A stretch of 26,881 nucleotides of DNA, from the NCBI GenBank assembly GCA_964485435.1, contig CAZAKD010000001.1, positions 1 to 26,881 on the forward strand, written 5' to 3'. This DNA comes from an uncultured Lachnospiraceae bacterium. Lineage in GTDB: Bacteria; Bacillota; Clostridia; Lachnospirales; Lachnospiraceae. The notes under the pieces were generated by a model that saw nothing but the letters and a program-made list of their open reading frames with translations, was not told the origin of the DNA and ran no database searches. Both the position numbers and the translations under genes were made by a program. The first letter of the stretch is position 1. Every line of letters starts with the position of its first letter. Below are positions 1 to 9,717 of this stretch, one piece after another.

Positions 1-360
1 AATGTTAGAATTAGTGAAGAAGAGGAAATGGTTAAAATAGAGGTAGAGGATAATGGCAAGGGCATTCCTGAAAAGGATCTTCCCAATATTTTTGATAGAT
101 TTTATAGAAGTGATATATCAAGGAACTCTGCGCAAGGTGGAAGCGGTTTGGGATTGGCCATTGGCAAAAAGATTATTGAGGATCATAATGGAAGGATATG
201 GGCTACAAGTAAAGAAGGGGTAGGTACAACGATCTATTTTACCTTAAGAAAGAGCATTGAAGAGAGTGGACCATGTGATGATTCCTCAGAAGTTGTGGTA
301 AGCAATCAGAAGAAATCAAAGAAAGATAAAAAGAAGGTAACCAAGGAGGCAAGAACATGA
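1..360 (+). CDS. Sensor histidine kinase, C-terminal HATPase_c part (5' truncated by window edge)
   Basis: Frame is open from base 1. G1 box (EDNGKGI), F box (IFDRFYR) and G2 box (GGSGLGL) are present. Stop overlaps the response-regulator start (ATGA 357-360). Confidence 0.93.
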   Translation, partial: NVRISEEEEMVKIEVEDNGKGIPEKDLPNIFDRFYRSDISRNSAQGGSGLGLAIGKKIIEDHNGRIWATSKEGVGTTIYFTLRKSIEESGPCDDSSEVVVSNQKKSKKDKKKVTKEART

Positions 361-1046
361 ACAAGATCTTAATTGTAGAAGATGAATTAAGTATTGCAGA
401 GTTAGAAAAGGATTATCTCGAGTTAAGTGGTTTTGAAGTGGCTATAGAGACAACTGGTGATGGAGGCGAGAAAAGGGCTTTAGAGGAAGAATTTAATCTT
501 ATTATTTTAGACCTAATGTTGCCTAATGTTGATGGTTTTGAGATATGTAAAAGAATTAGAGAAGTAAAGAATGTACCAATTATTATGGTATCTGCAAAGA
601 AAGATGACATTGATAAGATTCGTGGATTTGGACTTGGAGCGGATGATTATATAACGAAACCATTTAGCCCAAGTGAGTTAGTTGCTAGAGTGAAAGCTCA
701 TCTTGCAAGATATGACAGATTAATTGGAACTGGTGTAAATAAGAATGAGATTATTGAGATTCGGGGAATTAAAATTGACAAAACTGCGAGAAGGGTATAT
801 ATAAATGGAGAAGAGAAAGCCTTTACAACGAAAGAGTTTGATCTACTTACATTTTTAGCATCCAATCCAAATCGTGTATACACAAAGGAAGAGCTATTTC
901 AAGAGATATGGGATATGGAATCCATTGGAGATATTGCAACAGTAACAGTTCACATTAAAAAGATTCGTGAAAAGATTGAATTTAGTACCTCAAAGCCTCA
1001 ATATATAGAAACAATATGGGGAGTAGGTTATCGATTTAAAGTATAA
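357..1046 (+). CDS. OmpR/PhoB-family response regulator
   Basis: Receiver motifs [16 protein letters not shown] and [10 protein letters not shown]; winged-helix C-terminus ending [11 protein letters not shown]. Confidence 0.96.
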   Translation: MNKILIVEDELSIAELEKDYLELSGFEVAIETTGDGGEKRALEEEFNLIILDLMLPNVDGFEICKRIREVKNVPIIMVSAKKDDIDKIRGFGLGADDYITKPFSPSELVARVKAHLARYDRLIGTGVNKNEIIEIRGIKIDKTARRVYINGEEKAFTTKEFDLLTFLASNPNRVYTKEELFQEIWDMESIGDIATVTVHIKKIREKIEFSTSKPQYIETIWGVGYRFKV

Positions 1047-1080
1047 TTAGCAATACATTTCTGTAAATAAAGGAGTTATA

Positions 1081-1824
1081 ATGAATATATTATATGAAGA
1101 TGATGCAATACTAGTATGTGAAAAACCGCCAGGTATCCCATCTCAAAGTGATAAAACAACAGATTATGATATGGTAAATCGCCTGAAGAATTATCTGCAT
1201 GAACAAACAGGGACGGCACCATATATAGGATTAATTCATCGACTAGATCGTCCAGTTGGTGGGATAATGGTCTTTGGCAAAACTCCTGAAGCAACTAAGA
1301 ATATGAACCGACAGATTAGCGAGAGAAAGATTAAAAAGTGCTATTTAGCAGTAACTACAAGTGATCTTACTGACCAGGGCAGTAAGGATAAAACATTACT
1401 TATAGACTATATAAAAAAAGAAAGTAAAAGTAATCTAGGTATAATCACTACCAAGGAAGATAGGGTGGCTAAAAAAGCTGAACTTTATTATAAGGTTTTA
1501 GAAGTGAATAAAGAAGATAACTTATCCTTAGTTGAAGTTGAACTAATTACTGGTAGACATCATCAGATCAGAGTTCAAATGTCTTCAAGAGGTAATAGCT
1601 TATGGGGGGATACGAAATACAATCCCCAGTTCGAAAGCTCTGATTACCAAGAGAGATACTCTCGCTATATAGAATCAGGTAATTCTGACTGGGTAAACAT
1701 AGCATTGTATGCTTATCAGCTAGAGTTTATCCATCCAATTGGAAAAAAGAAGATGAAATTTGAGTATCTGCCAAATATGAAAATTTTTAACCAGTTTAAA
1801 ATAATCCAAGAAAAAAGAAGATGA
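1081..1824 (+). CDS. RluA/RluD-family pseudouridine synthase without S4 domain
   Basis: Motifs EKPPG, HRLDRPVGG (catalytic Asp) and LITGRHHQIRVQ; RBS AAGGAG upstream. Confidence 0.93.
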   Translation: MNILYEDDAILVCEKPPGIPSQSDKTTDYDMVNRLKNYLHEQTGTAPYIGLIHRLDRPVGGIMVFGKTPEATKNMNRQISERKIKKCYLAVTTSDLTDQGSKDKTLLIDYIKKESKSNLGIITTKEDRVAKKAELYYKVLEVNKEDNLSLVEVELITGRHHQIRVQMSSRGNSLWGDTKYNPQFESSDYQERYSRYIESGNSDWVNIALYAYQLEFIHPIGKKKMKFEYLPNMKIFNQFKIIQEKRR

Positions 1825-1901
1825 TTTCCCTTTGATTACATAGCATATTAGATGCGTAAAATCAAACAATATATACTAATAATATTGTTTGGGGTGATCG
1901 C

Positions 1902-2951
1902 TTGAAAAAAGAAGATAAGTTATTATTTATCTTGAAAATTTTAGGAACAACAATAGGAGTATACCTTGTTATAAGATATATATTTCCCTTGGTTGCTCCT
2001 TTTATATTCGCATACTTTATATCTTCATGTATTCTACCTATTGCAAAATGGTGCGAGAAGAAATTCAAAATACCAAGAACCTTATCAGGTGGAATACTTT
2101 TATTTATTGTAATGGTAACGTTTGGGCTTTTATTGGTGTTTTTAGTAAAAACTATTATTCAGCAAGGTATGGAACTGTTCACTAACATACCAGTATATCA
2201 GCAGTATTTTGCCAATGTTATAGATTCATTATGTAGCAATTGTGACTCGATATTTGGATTAACTGATGGAGACACTAAGATATTTATAGACAGTAATATG
2301 AATTCCTTTATTATAGGATTACGGAATAAATTTATAGGAAGAATTCAAACATGGACTTTCCAATTAGTTCAAATGGTTCTTGGATTTATAGGTGGAATGG
2401 TGTTTCTTGTGGTATCAATTTTATTAATGATACAGGACTCTGACAGAATAAAGAAGGGGTTTGGAAAAACTGTAATATATAATGATATTCATCGTATTAA
2501 GTGTAAAGTATATGAAGCAGGTGGAGCTTACCTAAAGGCGCAATTGATTATAATGTCAATCGTTGCGACTATTAATGCAGGAGGATTATCACTGTTAAAG
2601 AATCCGTATGGTCTACTAATAGGGATTGCAATTGGAATGATTGATTCCTTTCCAGTACTAGGAAGTGGAACTATTTTAATTCCATGGGCAATTATAAGTA
2701 TTTTTACAAAAAACATCTATTATGCAGTAGCATTAATGGTCTTATACCTCCTGAGCCAATTGACAAGGCAAATATTAGAACCTAGGCTAATTGGTAACAA
2801 GCTAGGAATTATTCCGATATTTACAATTATGTCTATATATATTGGACTTGAGCTATATGGAATACTTGGATTTATACTTGGGCCTCTATCTCTAGTTATA
2901 ATTCGCACTATTGTTGAGACTTTTAGGAATTCGTCTATTGACAAATTATAA
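1902..2951 (+). CDS. ytvI: AI-2E family membrane protein, sporulation integral membrane protein YtvI-like
   Basis: 349 aa multi-TM protein with APFIFAY near the N-terminus, DSFPVLGSG, and RQILEPRLIGNKLG...GFILGP; TTG start after GGGGTG. Confidence 0.85.
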   Translation: MKKEDKLLFILKILGTTIGVYLVIRYIFPLVAPFIFAYFISSCILPIAKWCEKKFKIPRTLSGGILLFIVMVTFGLLLVFLVKTIIQQGMELFTNIPVYQQYFANVIDSLCSNCDSIFGLTDGDTKIFIDSNMNSFIIGLRNKFIGRIQTWTFQLVQMVLGFIGGMVFLVVSILLMIQDSDRIKKGFGKTVIYNDIHRIKCKVYEAGGAYLKAQLIIMSIVATINAGGLSLLKNPYGLLIGIAIGMIDSFPVLGSGTILIPWAIISIFTKNIYYAVALMVLYLLSQLTRQILEPRLIGNKLGIIPIFTIMSIYIGLELYGILGFILGPLSLVIIRTIVETFRNSSIDKL

Positions 2952-2966
2952 ACGTTAGAATAAAAT
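2938..2966 (+). promoter_or_regulatory. SigA-type promoter for proS
   Basis: TTGACA (2938-2943), 17 nt, TAAAAT (2961-2966), directly before the T-box leader and overlapping the ytvI stop. Confidence 0.85.
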
Positions 2967-2974
2967 CAAAAGTA

Positions 2975-3210
2975 ATAAATGACTGTGAAGAGGACCAGTA
3001 TATTCTTTATTCATTCCAGAGAGGAAATCATTGGTGAGAGATTTCTATGTATGCGAGAATAGAACCTACCTTGGAGTTCTGTATGAAAATGCAGCGTAAA
3101 TCTGACGTTACTAGATATGTAAAGAGAGTGATAGAAGTAGTACTTTTATTACTAATTAGGGTGGTACCGCCGAAGTCTTTCGGTCCCTTGCGGACAAGGA
3201 GACTTTTTTT
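2975..3210 (+). ncRNA. T-box riboswitch, proline specifier
   Basis: AG box CCAGAGAG (3016-3023), GGTGAGA (3033-3039), GAA-CCT-A specifier (CCU = Pro, 3065-3067), T-box AATTAGGGTGGTACCGC (3154-3170), and terminator GTCCCTTG-CGGA-CAAGGAGAC plus T7 (3183-3210). Confidence 0.95.
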
Positions 3211-3280
3211 ATTTCATTTTCTTATGGAATAAATAAAAGTTATTCTGAAAAATCATGAGATCAGTAAAGGAGAATTGGAT

Positions 3281-4714
3281 ATGGCAAAGGAAAAGAAATT
3301 AGTAGAAGCGATTACTTCAATGGAGACAGATTTTGCACAATGGTATACAGACGTAGTAAAAAAAGCAGAATTAATTGACTACTCAAGTGTAAAGGGTTGT
3401 ATGATTATTAAACCAGCTGGGTATGCAATATGGGAGAATATTCAACAAGAATTAGATCGAAGATTCAAAGAAACAGGTGTTGAAAATGTGTATATGCCAA
3501 TGTTTATCCCGGAGAGTTTACTTCAAAAAGAAAAGGATCATGTGGAAGGATTTGCGCCTGAAGTAGCATGGGTAACTCACGGCGGCTTAGAACCATTACA
3601 AGAAAGATTATGTGTAAGACCTACTTCCGAGACATTATTCTGTGATTTTTATGCAAATGATATCCAGTCCTATCGTGATTTACCAAGATTATATAATCAA
3701 TGGTGTTCTGTAGTAAGATGGGAGAAAACAACAAGGCCTTTCTTGCGCTCTCGAGAATTCTTATGGCAAGAAGGACACACTGCACATGCAACAAGAGAAG
3801 AAGCAGAGGAAAGAACGATACAAATGCTCAATGTTTATGCTGACTTCTGTGAAGATATTCTTGCAATTCCAGTCGTGAAGGGAAGAAAGACAGATAAAGA
3901 AAAATTTGCCGGAGCAGAATCAACATATACAATTGAAGCACTAATGCATGACGGAAAGGCTTTGCAGTCAGGAACTAGCCATAATTTTGGTGATGGTTTT
4001 GCAAAAGCATTTGACATACAGTACACCGATAAAGATAATACACTAAAGCATGTTTACCAAACTTCTTGGGGAATGACGACTAGAATGATTGGTGCGATTA
4101 TTATGGTTCATGGTGATGATAGTGGACTGGTTCTTCCACCAAGAATAGCTCCTACTCAAGTAATGATAGTACCTATCATGCAAAAAAAAGAAGGAGTTCT
4201 TGAAAAAGCAGCACAACTAAAGGATGAATTGAAAGCATTTAGAGTTAAAGTAGATGATTCAGATAAGAGTCCAGGATGGAAATTTAGCGAACAAGAGATG
4301 AGAGGTATTCCAATTCGTATTGAGATTGGTCCAAAAGATATAGAGGCAAACCAAGCTGTTATTGTTCGAAGAGATACGAGAGAAAAGATAATTACCTCAT
4401 TGGATGAAATAGAGTCTAAGGTAAAAGAAGTATTAGAATCAATACAACATGATATGCTTGTAAGAGCAAAGCAACATCGTGAAGATCATACTTATGTGGC
4501 AGAGGATTATGATAAGTTTAAAAAAACTGTGGATGAAAAGCCTGGTTTTGTAAAAGCTATGTGGTGTGGCGATCAAGAATGTGAAGATAAGATTAAAGAA
4601 GATACGGGAGCAACTTCACGTTGTATGCCGTTTGAACAAGAAGAGTTAACAGAAACGTGCATATGTTGTCATAAACCAGCAAAGAAGATGGTATACTGGG
4701 GCAAAGCATACTAA
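3281..4714 (+). CDS. proS: Prolyl-tRNA synthetase, archaeal/eukaryote-like type
   Basis: [37 protein letters not shown], and C-terminal Cys cluster ending WGKAY. Start moved from 3275 TTG to 3281 ATG to fit RBS AAAGGAGA. Confidence 0.97.
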   Translation: MAKEKKLVEAITSMETDFAQWYTDVVKKAELIDYSSVKGCMIIKPAGYAIWENIQQELDRRFKETGVENVYMPMFIPESLLQKEKDHVEGFAPEVAWVTHGGLEPLQERLCVRPTSETLFCDFYANDIQSYRDLPRLYNQWCSVVRWEKTTRPFLRSREFLWQEGHTAHATREEAEERTIQMLNVYADFCEDILAIPVVKGRKTDKEKFAGAESTYTIEALMHDGKALQSGTSHNFGDGFAKAFDIQYTDKDNTLKHVYQTSWGMTTRMIGAIIMVHGDDSGLVLPPRIAPTQVMIVPIMQKKEGVLEKAAQLKDELKAFRVKVDDSDKSPGWKFSEQEMRGIPIRIEIGPKDIEANQAVIVRRDTREKIITSLDEIESKVKEVLESIQHDMLVRAKQHREDHTYVAEDYDKFKKTVDEKPGFVKAMWCGDQECEDKIKEDTGATSRCMPFEQEELTETCICCHKPAKKMVYWGKAY

Positions 4715-4728
4715 TTGGCGGTGATTGA

Positions 4729-6057
4729 ATGAATATTCATATTCCAGTTGAAGTGAATTATATATTGAATACATTAATGAAACACGGACACCAAGCTTAC
4801 ATCGTTGGTGGCTGTGTTCGTGATGTTATATTGGGAAAGGAACCTGAGGATTGGGATGTTACTACATCGGCAACTCCTTATCAAGTAAAGAAATTGTTTC
4901 CTAGAACAATAGATACTGGAATCGTACATGGAACTGTGACGGTGATGATAGATAAGTCTGGATATGAAGTTACTACTTATCGAATAGATGGGGAATATGA
5001 AGATAATCGTCATCCAAAGACAGTAAATTTCACCCCAAATCTCTCAGAGGATCTGGCACGTAGAGATTTTACTATGAATGCTATGGCTTATAATCATAGG
5101 GACGGTTTGGTGGATTTGCACCATGGATATGAAGACCTTCAGCAAGGAGTAATTCGATGTGTTGGTAATCCATATGAACGATTTGATGAAGATGCATTAA
5201 GAATTCTTCGTGGAGTAAGGTTTTCTGCTCAATTGGGATTTGATATTCATGAAGAGACAAGGCAAGCAATTGAAGAAAAAGCATCTAATCTCTGTAACAT
5301 AAGTGCGGAGAGAATTCGTGTAGAGTTAGATAAGCTAATTACTTCATCACATCCTGATAGATTGGTAATGGCTTATGAACTTGGAATTACTAAAGTGATT
5401 CTTCCAGAATGGGATACAATGATGGCTACAGAACAGAACAACCCACATCATATCTATTCAGTTGGGATTCATACTTTAAAGGCGATGGAGGTAATTGAAT
5501 CAACTTCACTGCTAAGATGGACAATGCTTCTACATGATGTTGCAAAACCAATTACGAAGACAACTTCTAGTGATGGAATAGATTATTTTATCGAACATCA
5601 AGAAGAGGGAGTATATGAAGCAAAGAATATTCTAAGGCGACTTAAATTTGACAATGATACAATTCATACTGTCATTCACTTAGTGAAGTGGCATGATGAA
5701 AATCTAGCAACAACTCCTGCAGGTATGAGAAGACAAGCAAATAGAATTGGCATAGATATTATGCCATTGTTATTTCAAGTAAAAAGGGCTGATATAAGTG
5801 CTCAGAATCCGGATATGATTCCTGATAAATTAGAAAAAATTGAAAAAGGGGAAAGCCTGTATCAGGATATCCTTAATAAGAAGCAATGTGTTGATCTTAA
5901 TATGCTTCAGATTAATGGAAAGGACTTAATAGGGATTGGATATAAACCTGGTATTCAATTAGGAAAAACACTAAAAATACTATTAGAAGAGGTTCTAGAA
6001 GATCCGAATCTAAATAACAGAGATATCCTTATAGAACGTGCAAGGAAGTTTATCTAA
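4729..6057 (+). CDS. cca: CCA tRNA nucleotidyltransferase with HD domain
   Basis: YIVGGCVRD, DWDVTT, RRDFTMNA, EDALRILR, ERIRVEL and LLHDVAKP. Confidence 0.93.
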   Translation: MNIHIPVEVNYILNTLMKHGHQAYIVGGCVRDVILGKEPEDWDVTTSATPYQVKKLFPRTIDTGIVHGTVTVMIDKSGYEVTTYRIDGEYEDNRHPKTVNFTPNLSEDLARRDFTMNAMAYNHRDGLVDLHHGYEDLQQGVIRCVGNPYERFDEDALRILRGVRFSAQLGFDIHEETRQAIEEKASNLCNISAERIRVELDKLITSSHPDRLVMAYELGITKVILPEWDTMMATEQNNPHHIYSVGIHTLKAMEVIESTSLLRWTMLLHDVAKPITKTTSSDGIDYFIEHQEEGVYEAKNILRRLKFDNDTIHTVIHLVKWHDENLATTPAGMRRQANRIGIDIMPLLFQVKRADISAQNPDMIPDKLEKIEKGESLYQDILNKKQCVDLNMLQINGKDLIGIGYKPGIQLGKTLKILLEEVLEDPNLNNRDILIERARKFI

Positions 6058-6090
6058 GAATAAAATATTCTTAGATAAACTTCTTTTTTT
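6045..6090 (+). terminator. Intrinsic terminator of proS-cca
   Basis: Perfect 18-bp stem GAAGTTTATCTAAGAATA / TATTCTTAGATAAACTTC, 3-nt loop, then T7. Confidence 0.9.
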
Positions 6091-6095
6091 CATTG

Positions 6096-6124
6096 TCATG
6101 AAAGTAGAAAGTACCTCATAAGAT
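6096..6124 (+). promoter_or_regulatory. Candidate mother-cell (SigE/SigK-type) promoter for the cotS-like gene
   Basis: TCATGAA, 14 nt, CATAAGAT; the -10 fits CATAnnnT. Confidence 0.5.
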
Positions 6125-6173
6125 TAAGAGTAGACACCTTAACGGGTATACTATTTTAATAGGAGGGCTGACT

Positions 6174-7175
6174 ATGGAGGACAGATATGAGGAGGTATTG
6201 AAACAGTACGATTTAAAGATATATAATTCTTATCGTACAAGGGGCGCATTTATCCTTGAGACAAACCATGGTATTAAGCTCTGCAAGAATTTTGATGGTT
6301 CCAAAAATCGTGTAGAAATTGAGAACCTTATAATGGAACATCTTCGGGAGTGTGGATATTCTAATGTAGATATGTATCTATATAATATAGAGAATGAGAT
6401 TGTAACATTAGACTCAAGAAAGAATCAGTATGTATTGAAAGACTGGTACTTAGGTGATGAGTGTAATCTTAAAGATATCAAGGACACTGTTAGAGCTACA
6501 AAAAACCTAGGATTAATCCATAGTCATATGCAGGGTGTAACGTTATCAGAAGAAGAGAAAAGAGTAAACTATTATTGTGATTTAAATGAATTATTTGAAA
6601 AACATAATAGAGAACTTAAAAGGGTAAGACGATATATTAGAGATAAAAAGGTAAAGAATGAGTTTGAAGTGTATTTTCTAAATGTATACGATGCTTTTCT
6701 GGAACAGGGATATGAAGCCTGCAAGTTATTAAAGGATTCTCATTATGAACAGGTATTAAAAGAAGCGATGGAAAAAGGACATATATGTCATGGAAACTAT
6801 ACTTATCATAATATAATATTCCTAAAAGAGGGGGAGGCAACAACGAATTTTGAGAAAGCATCCCTGGGAATTCAGATCTTTGATCTATATCAATTCTTGA
6901 GGAAAGTAATGGAAAAAACAGATTGGAACATCAATTATGGAATAAGTATTATTAATGAGTATGAAAAAGTTGTTCCTTTATCTAAGGAAAGTATGGAGAT
7001 ACTATATATACTGATACTTTATCCGGAAAAGTTCTGGAAGATTACAAACTATTATTATAATAGCAAGAAATCTTGGGTTCCTCAGAAAAACATCCAAAAA
7101 TTAATTCATATTGGAGAACAAACAGAAATTAAAACAAAGTTCTTAGATCAATTTAAGAAAGAATATTTGTGTTGA
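6174..7175 (+). CDS. CotS/YutH-family spore coat protein (kinase-like fold)
   Basis: 333 aa; RGAFILETNHGIKLCK N-terminus, CHGNYTYHN, DLYQFLRKVMEK and YPEKFWK; RBS AGGAGG. Confidence 0.85.
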   Translation: MEDRYEEVLKQYDLKIYNSYRTRGAFILETNHGIKLCKNFDGSKNRVEIENLIMEHLRECGYSNVDMYLYNIENEIVTLDSRKNQYVLKDWYLGDECNLKDIKDTVRATKNLGLIHSHMQGVTLSEEEKRVNYYCDLNELFEKHNRELKRVRRYIRDKKVKNEFEVYFLNVYDAFLEQGYEACKLLKDSHYEQVLKEAMEKGHICHGNYTYHNIIFLKEGEATTNFEKASLGIQIFDLYQFLRKVMEKTDWNINYGISIINEYEKVVPLSKESMEILYILILYPEKFWKITNYYYNSKKSWVPQKNIQKLIHIGEQTEIKTKFLDQFKKEYLC

Positions 7176-7176
7176 G

Positions 7177-7206
7177 AATAGTGATGGAGATTCCATCACT
7201 ATTTTT
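7177..7206 (+). terminator. Intrinsic terminator after cotS-like gene
   Basis: AATAGTGATGGA-GAT-TCCATCACTATT followed by TTT. Confidence 0.85.
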
Positions 7207-7272
7207 AAGGTACTTTTCTTTTCTATTCATTCATAGTATAATTGGGACATGTTAGAGATAAGAGGTGATGAA

Positions 7273-8688
7273 ATGGAAGACAATACGAATAAGTACAGTA
7301 AAATAATTACCCTTGGTATCATTGGATGTATGCTTGTACTAGGATTGATTGTAACCATTTCCTTCTTGAATAAAAATCAAAGTTCGAAGAATAGGAATAT
7401 GATTAGTCAAGAGGATGTAGATGTCAATATAGGTTCTTCCTCAGAAGAAAAGATATTAGCAGTTGTAAAGGATATTAATACGGATATTAAAGCCATATCT
7501 GTTATGAATATTAATAACGGTGTTGAAGAAGTTGTATATTATACTGGTGGTACCGATATAAGAGATAAACATGATAAAGTAATTGCAATTACTCAACTTA
7601 ATGTTGGTGAGATTGTGGATGTATATTATAAAAAGGGCAGTAATGACCTGAACAAGCTTCAGATATCTAAGGATGCTTGGGAATATAGAGAGGTAACTAA
7701 CTTTAATATATATAGTCCCAAACAAACATTTCAAGTGGGGGAACGCAAATATAGAATGAATAATCGCCTCGTAGTTGCAGCGGAGAATAAAATTATTAAT
7801 CTTATAGATATAAATGAAAAGGATGAATTAATGATTAAAGGAGCTGGCAATGAGATTTGGTCAATAATCGTAACCAAAGGACATGGATATATTCGTCTAA
7901 GAAACTATGAAGCTTTTCTTGGGGGCACTATTGAAGTAGGATATCAGGTTATGGATCAGATTGTAGAGAATATGCTTATAGTAGTACGGGAAGGGGATTA
8001 TAAAGTAACCTTAGAAAATGGGTCATTAACTGGCTCAAAGCGGGTGAATATTCTTCGTAATCAAGAGATTGTGTTAGATATGAGGGAGTACCGAATAGAG
8101 GCTACTAAAACAGGACTTGTTGATTTTCTAATACAACCTTATGGTGGAGTATTATATATTGATAATGAAGTAGTTGATTATGAAAGGCCGATTGAACTAG
8201 AATACGGAGAACATGATATTAGAGTACGATTAGATGGTTATACAACCTACTACGGTGTATTAGATGTAAATGAATCTAGTAAGATTGTGGAGATAGAACT
8301 AGCTAAGGAGATTGTTCCGGGTCAGGCTGAAACAACCAAGTCTAATCCTATAGAATCAAAAGAAACTGAGACGAAGATAGAAAAAGAGGAGATAGAGGAG
8401 ACGGAAGAACAACCGAATACAGAAGCAGAGAACAAAGATAGGGTGGATAACAAGAATTCCGCTCCAATAGTTGATAATAATCATTCGATAAAAGTCTTGC
8501 GCCCAGAAGGAGCAGATGTTTATCTGAACGGGGTGAAAAAAGGAACTGTTCCTTGTGATTTTCCAAAAGAGATCGGAACACATACAATAACATTTGCGAA
8601 AAGTGGATACATAACTAAGAGCTATACGATTTTGGTTGTGGATGATTCAGAAGATGCAACTTTTAGCTTCCCAGACATGGAGAAATAA
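7273..8688 (+). CDS. PEGA-domain membrane-anchored protein
   Basis: N-terminal TM (IITLGIIGCMLVLGLIVTISFL) and two PEGA-like units (PYGGVLYID...LEYGEHDIRVRLDGY; PEGADVYLNG...IGTHTITFAKSGY) separated by an acidic linker. Start set at 7273 to fit RBS GAGGTG; the track gives 7249. Confidence 0.8.
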   Translation: MEDNTNKYSKIITLGIIGCMLVLGLIVTISFLNKNQSSKNRNMISQEDVDVNIGSSSEEKILAVVKDINTDIKAISVMNINNGVEEVVYYTGGTDIRDKHDKVIAITQLNVGEIVDVYYKKGSNDLNKLQISKDAWEYREVTNFNIYSPKQTFQVGERKYRMNNRLVVAAENKIINLIDINEKDELMIKGAGNEIWSIIVTKGHGYIRLRNYEAFLGGTIEVGYQVMDQIVENMLIVVREGDYKVTLENGSLTGSKRVNILRNQEIVLDMREYRIEATKTGLVDFLIQPYGGVLYIDNEVVDYERPIELEYGEHDIRVRLDGYTTYYGVLDVNESSKIVEIELAKEIVPGQAETTKSNPIESKETETKIEKEEIEETEEQPNTEAENKDRVDNKNSAPIVDNNHSIKVLRPEGADVYLNGVKKGTVPCDFPKEIGTHTITFAKSGYITKSYTILVVDDSEDATFSFPDMEK

Positions 8689-8755
8689 TAAAAAAGAATA
8701 ATAATTTAATTCTTAATATCATATGTTTACATATATCAAAGTATGTGGAGGCATT

Positions 8756-9172
8756 ATGAAAAGGGCGATAAGAATAGTGTTGTTAATGGGAGCGATAACC
8801 ATGTGTCTTTTGTTATCTGGTTGTAAATCAGATAAAGTTAATAAGGAAAAGGTAAAAGATCTTGAGTTCACAGTGGTTGAAGAAGCTGATATACCAGAAG
8901 AATTGCTTAAAATAATTGAAGAAAAGAAAAAAGAACCATTTAAATTGAAGTTCTCAAATACAGCATATTTATATATTGTTGTTGGATATGGAGAGCAACC
9001 TACAGGCGGATATAGTATTAAGGTAGAAGATCTATATTTAACAGAAAATGCAATATATTTTAATACCAGTCTATTAGGTCCTCCGAAAGATGAGATTGTA
9101 ACACAAATTTTGACTTATCCCTATATTGTAGTCAAGGTTGAATTTATGGACAAAAGTGTTGTATTTGAATAA
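8756..9172 (+). CDS. PrcB-like C-terminal-domain lipoprotein
   Basis: Lipobox LLSGC; GEQPTGGYSIKV and TQILTYPYIVVK motifs. Start set at 8756 to fit RBS GGAGG. Confidence 0.8.
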   Translation: MKRAIRIVLLMGAITMCLLLSGCKSDKVNKEKVKDLEFTVVEEADIPEELLKIIEEKKKEPFKLKFSNTAYLYIVVGYGEQPTGGYSIKVEDLYLTENAIYFNTSLLGPPKDEIVTQILTYPYIVVKVEFMDKSVVFE

Positions 9173-9366
9173 CTTTGCATCCCCAAAAAAAGAAAAAACA
9201 ATCTACAATTTTGTTAATAATGTCCAAAGTGTAAGGCCATAATTGTGCATAATTATTGAAAATGATATAAGCCTTGTTCTGAACCGTCATGATATTTCAT
9301 AAAAAATTGGAAGCTACATATTGGAAAGTATACAGATTTATTTATACAACTCATAAAAACAGAGTG

Positions 9367-9381
9367 AATTGTCAGACAATT
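9367..9381. promoter_or_regulatory. Palindromic CodY-like box upstream of veg
   Basis: AATTGTCAGACAATT is a perfect palindrome with a 1-nt centre and matches 13/15 of AATTTTCWGAAAATT; it ends 2 nt before the -35. Confidence 0.5.
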
Positions 9382-9383
9382 GT

Positions 9384-9413
9384 TTGACAGTTTACTTCAA
9401 GTTGTGGTATAAT
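9384..9413 (+). promoter_or_regulatory. Strong SigA promoter of veg
   Basis: TTGACA, 18 nt, TATAAT, with extended -10 TG at 9405-9406. Confidence 0.85.
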
Positions 9414-9444
9414 ATAAACAGTGTGATAAGATGAGGTGAAAATT

Positions 9445-9693
9445 ATGATGAAGCAAACTGATGTAAACAAGGTTCGTAGATCCGTTGTACAACATGTAGG
9501 TAGAAGAGTCAAAATTAAAGCTAACAAGGGAAGACATAAAATTGACGTTACTGAAGGCGTAATCTCGGAGACTTATCCTAGCATTTTTCTTATTGAAGTA
9601 CAGGATGAGTTAGAAGATACTTTTAAGACAATGACCTTTAGCTACACCGATATATTGACAAAAGATGTTCGTATGACATTATGCAATAATTAA
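9445..9693 (+). CDS. veg: Veg family protein
   Basis: HVGRRVKIKANKGR, GVISETYPSIF and FSYTDILTKDV. Start set at 9445 (9448 possible) to fit RBS GAGGTG. Confidence 0.92.
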   Translation: MMKQTDVNKVRRSVVQHVGRRVKIKANKGRHKIDVTEGVISETYPSIFLIEVQDELEDTFKTMTFSYTDILTKDVRMTLCNN

Positions 9694-9717
9694 CAACAGA
9701 ATTAGTAATAGATGAAT

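Noticed and set aside
3047-3232. 61-aa ORF upstream of proS (possible leader peptide)
   Set aside because: Lies wholly inside the T-box RNA, has no RBS, and the T-box explains the sequence.
413-6861. Short minus-strand ORFs (60-80 aa) opposite the regulator, rluA, ytvI, proS, cca and cotS-like genes
   Set aside because: Antisense shadows of well-supported genes, with no RBS or recognisable motifs.
7456-8593. Minus-strand ORFs inside the PEGA gene
   Set aside because: Shadow frames; the Leu/Phe/Ser richness mirrors the Glu/Lys-rich sense strand.
9370-9376. TGTCAGA as a Spo0A box
   Set aside because: Two mismatches to TGNCGAA; the 15-bp palindrome is a better explanation.
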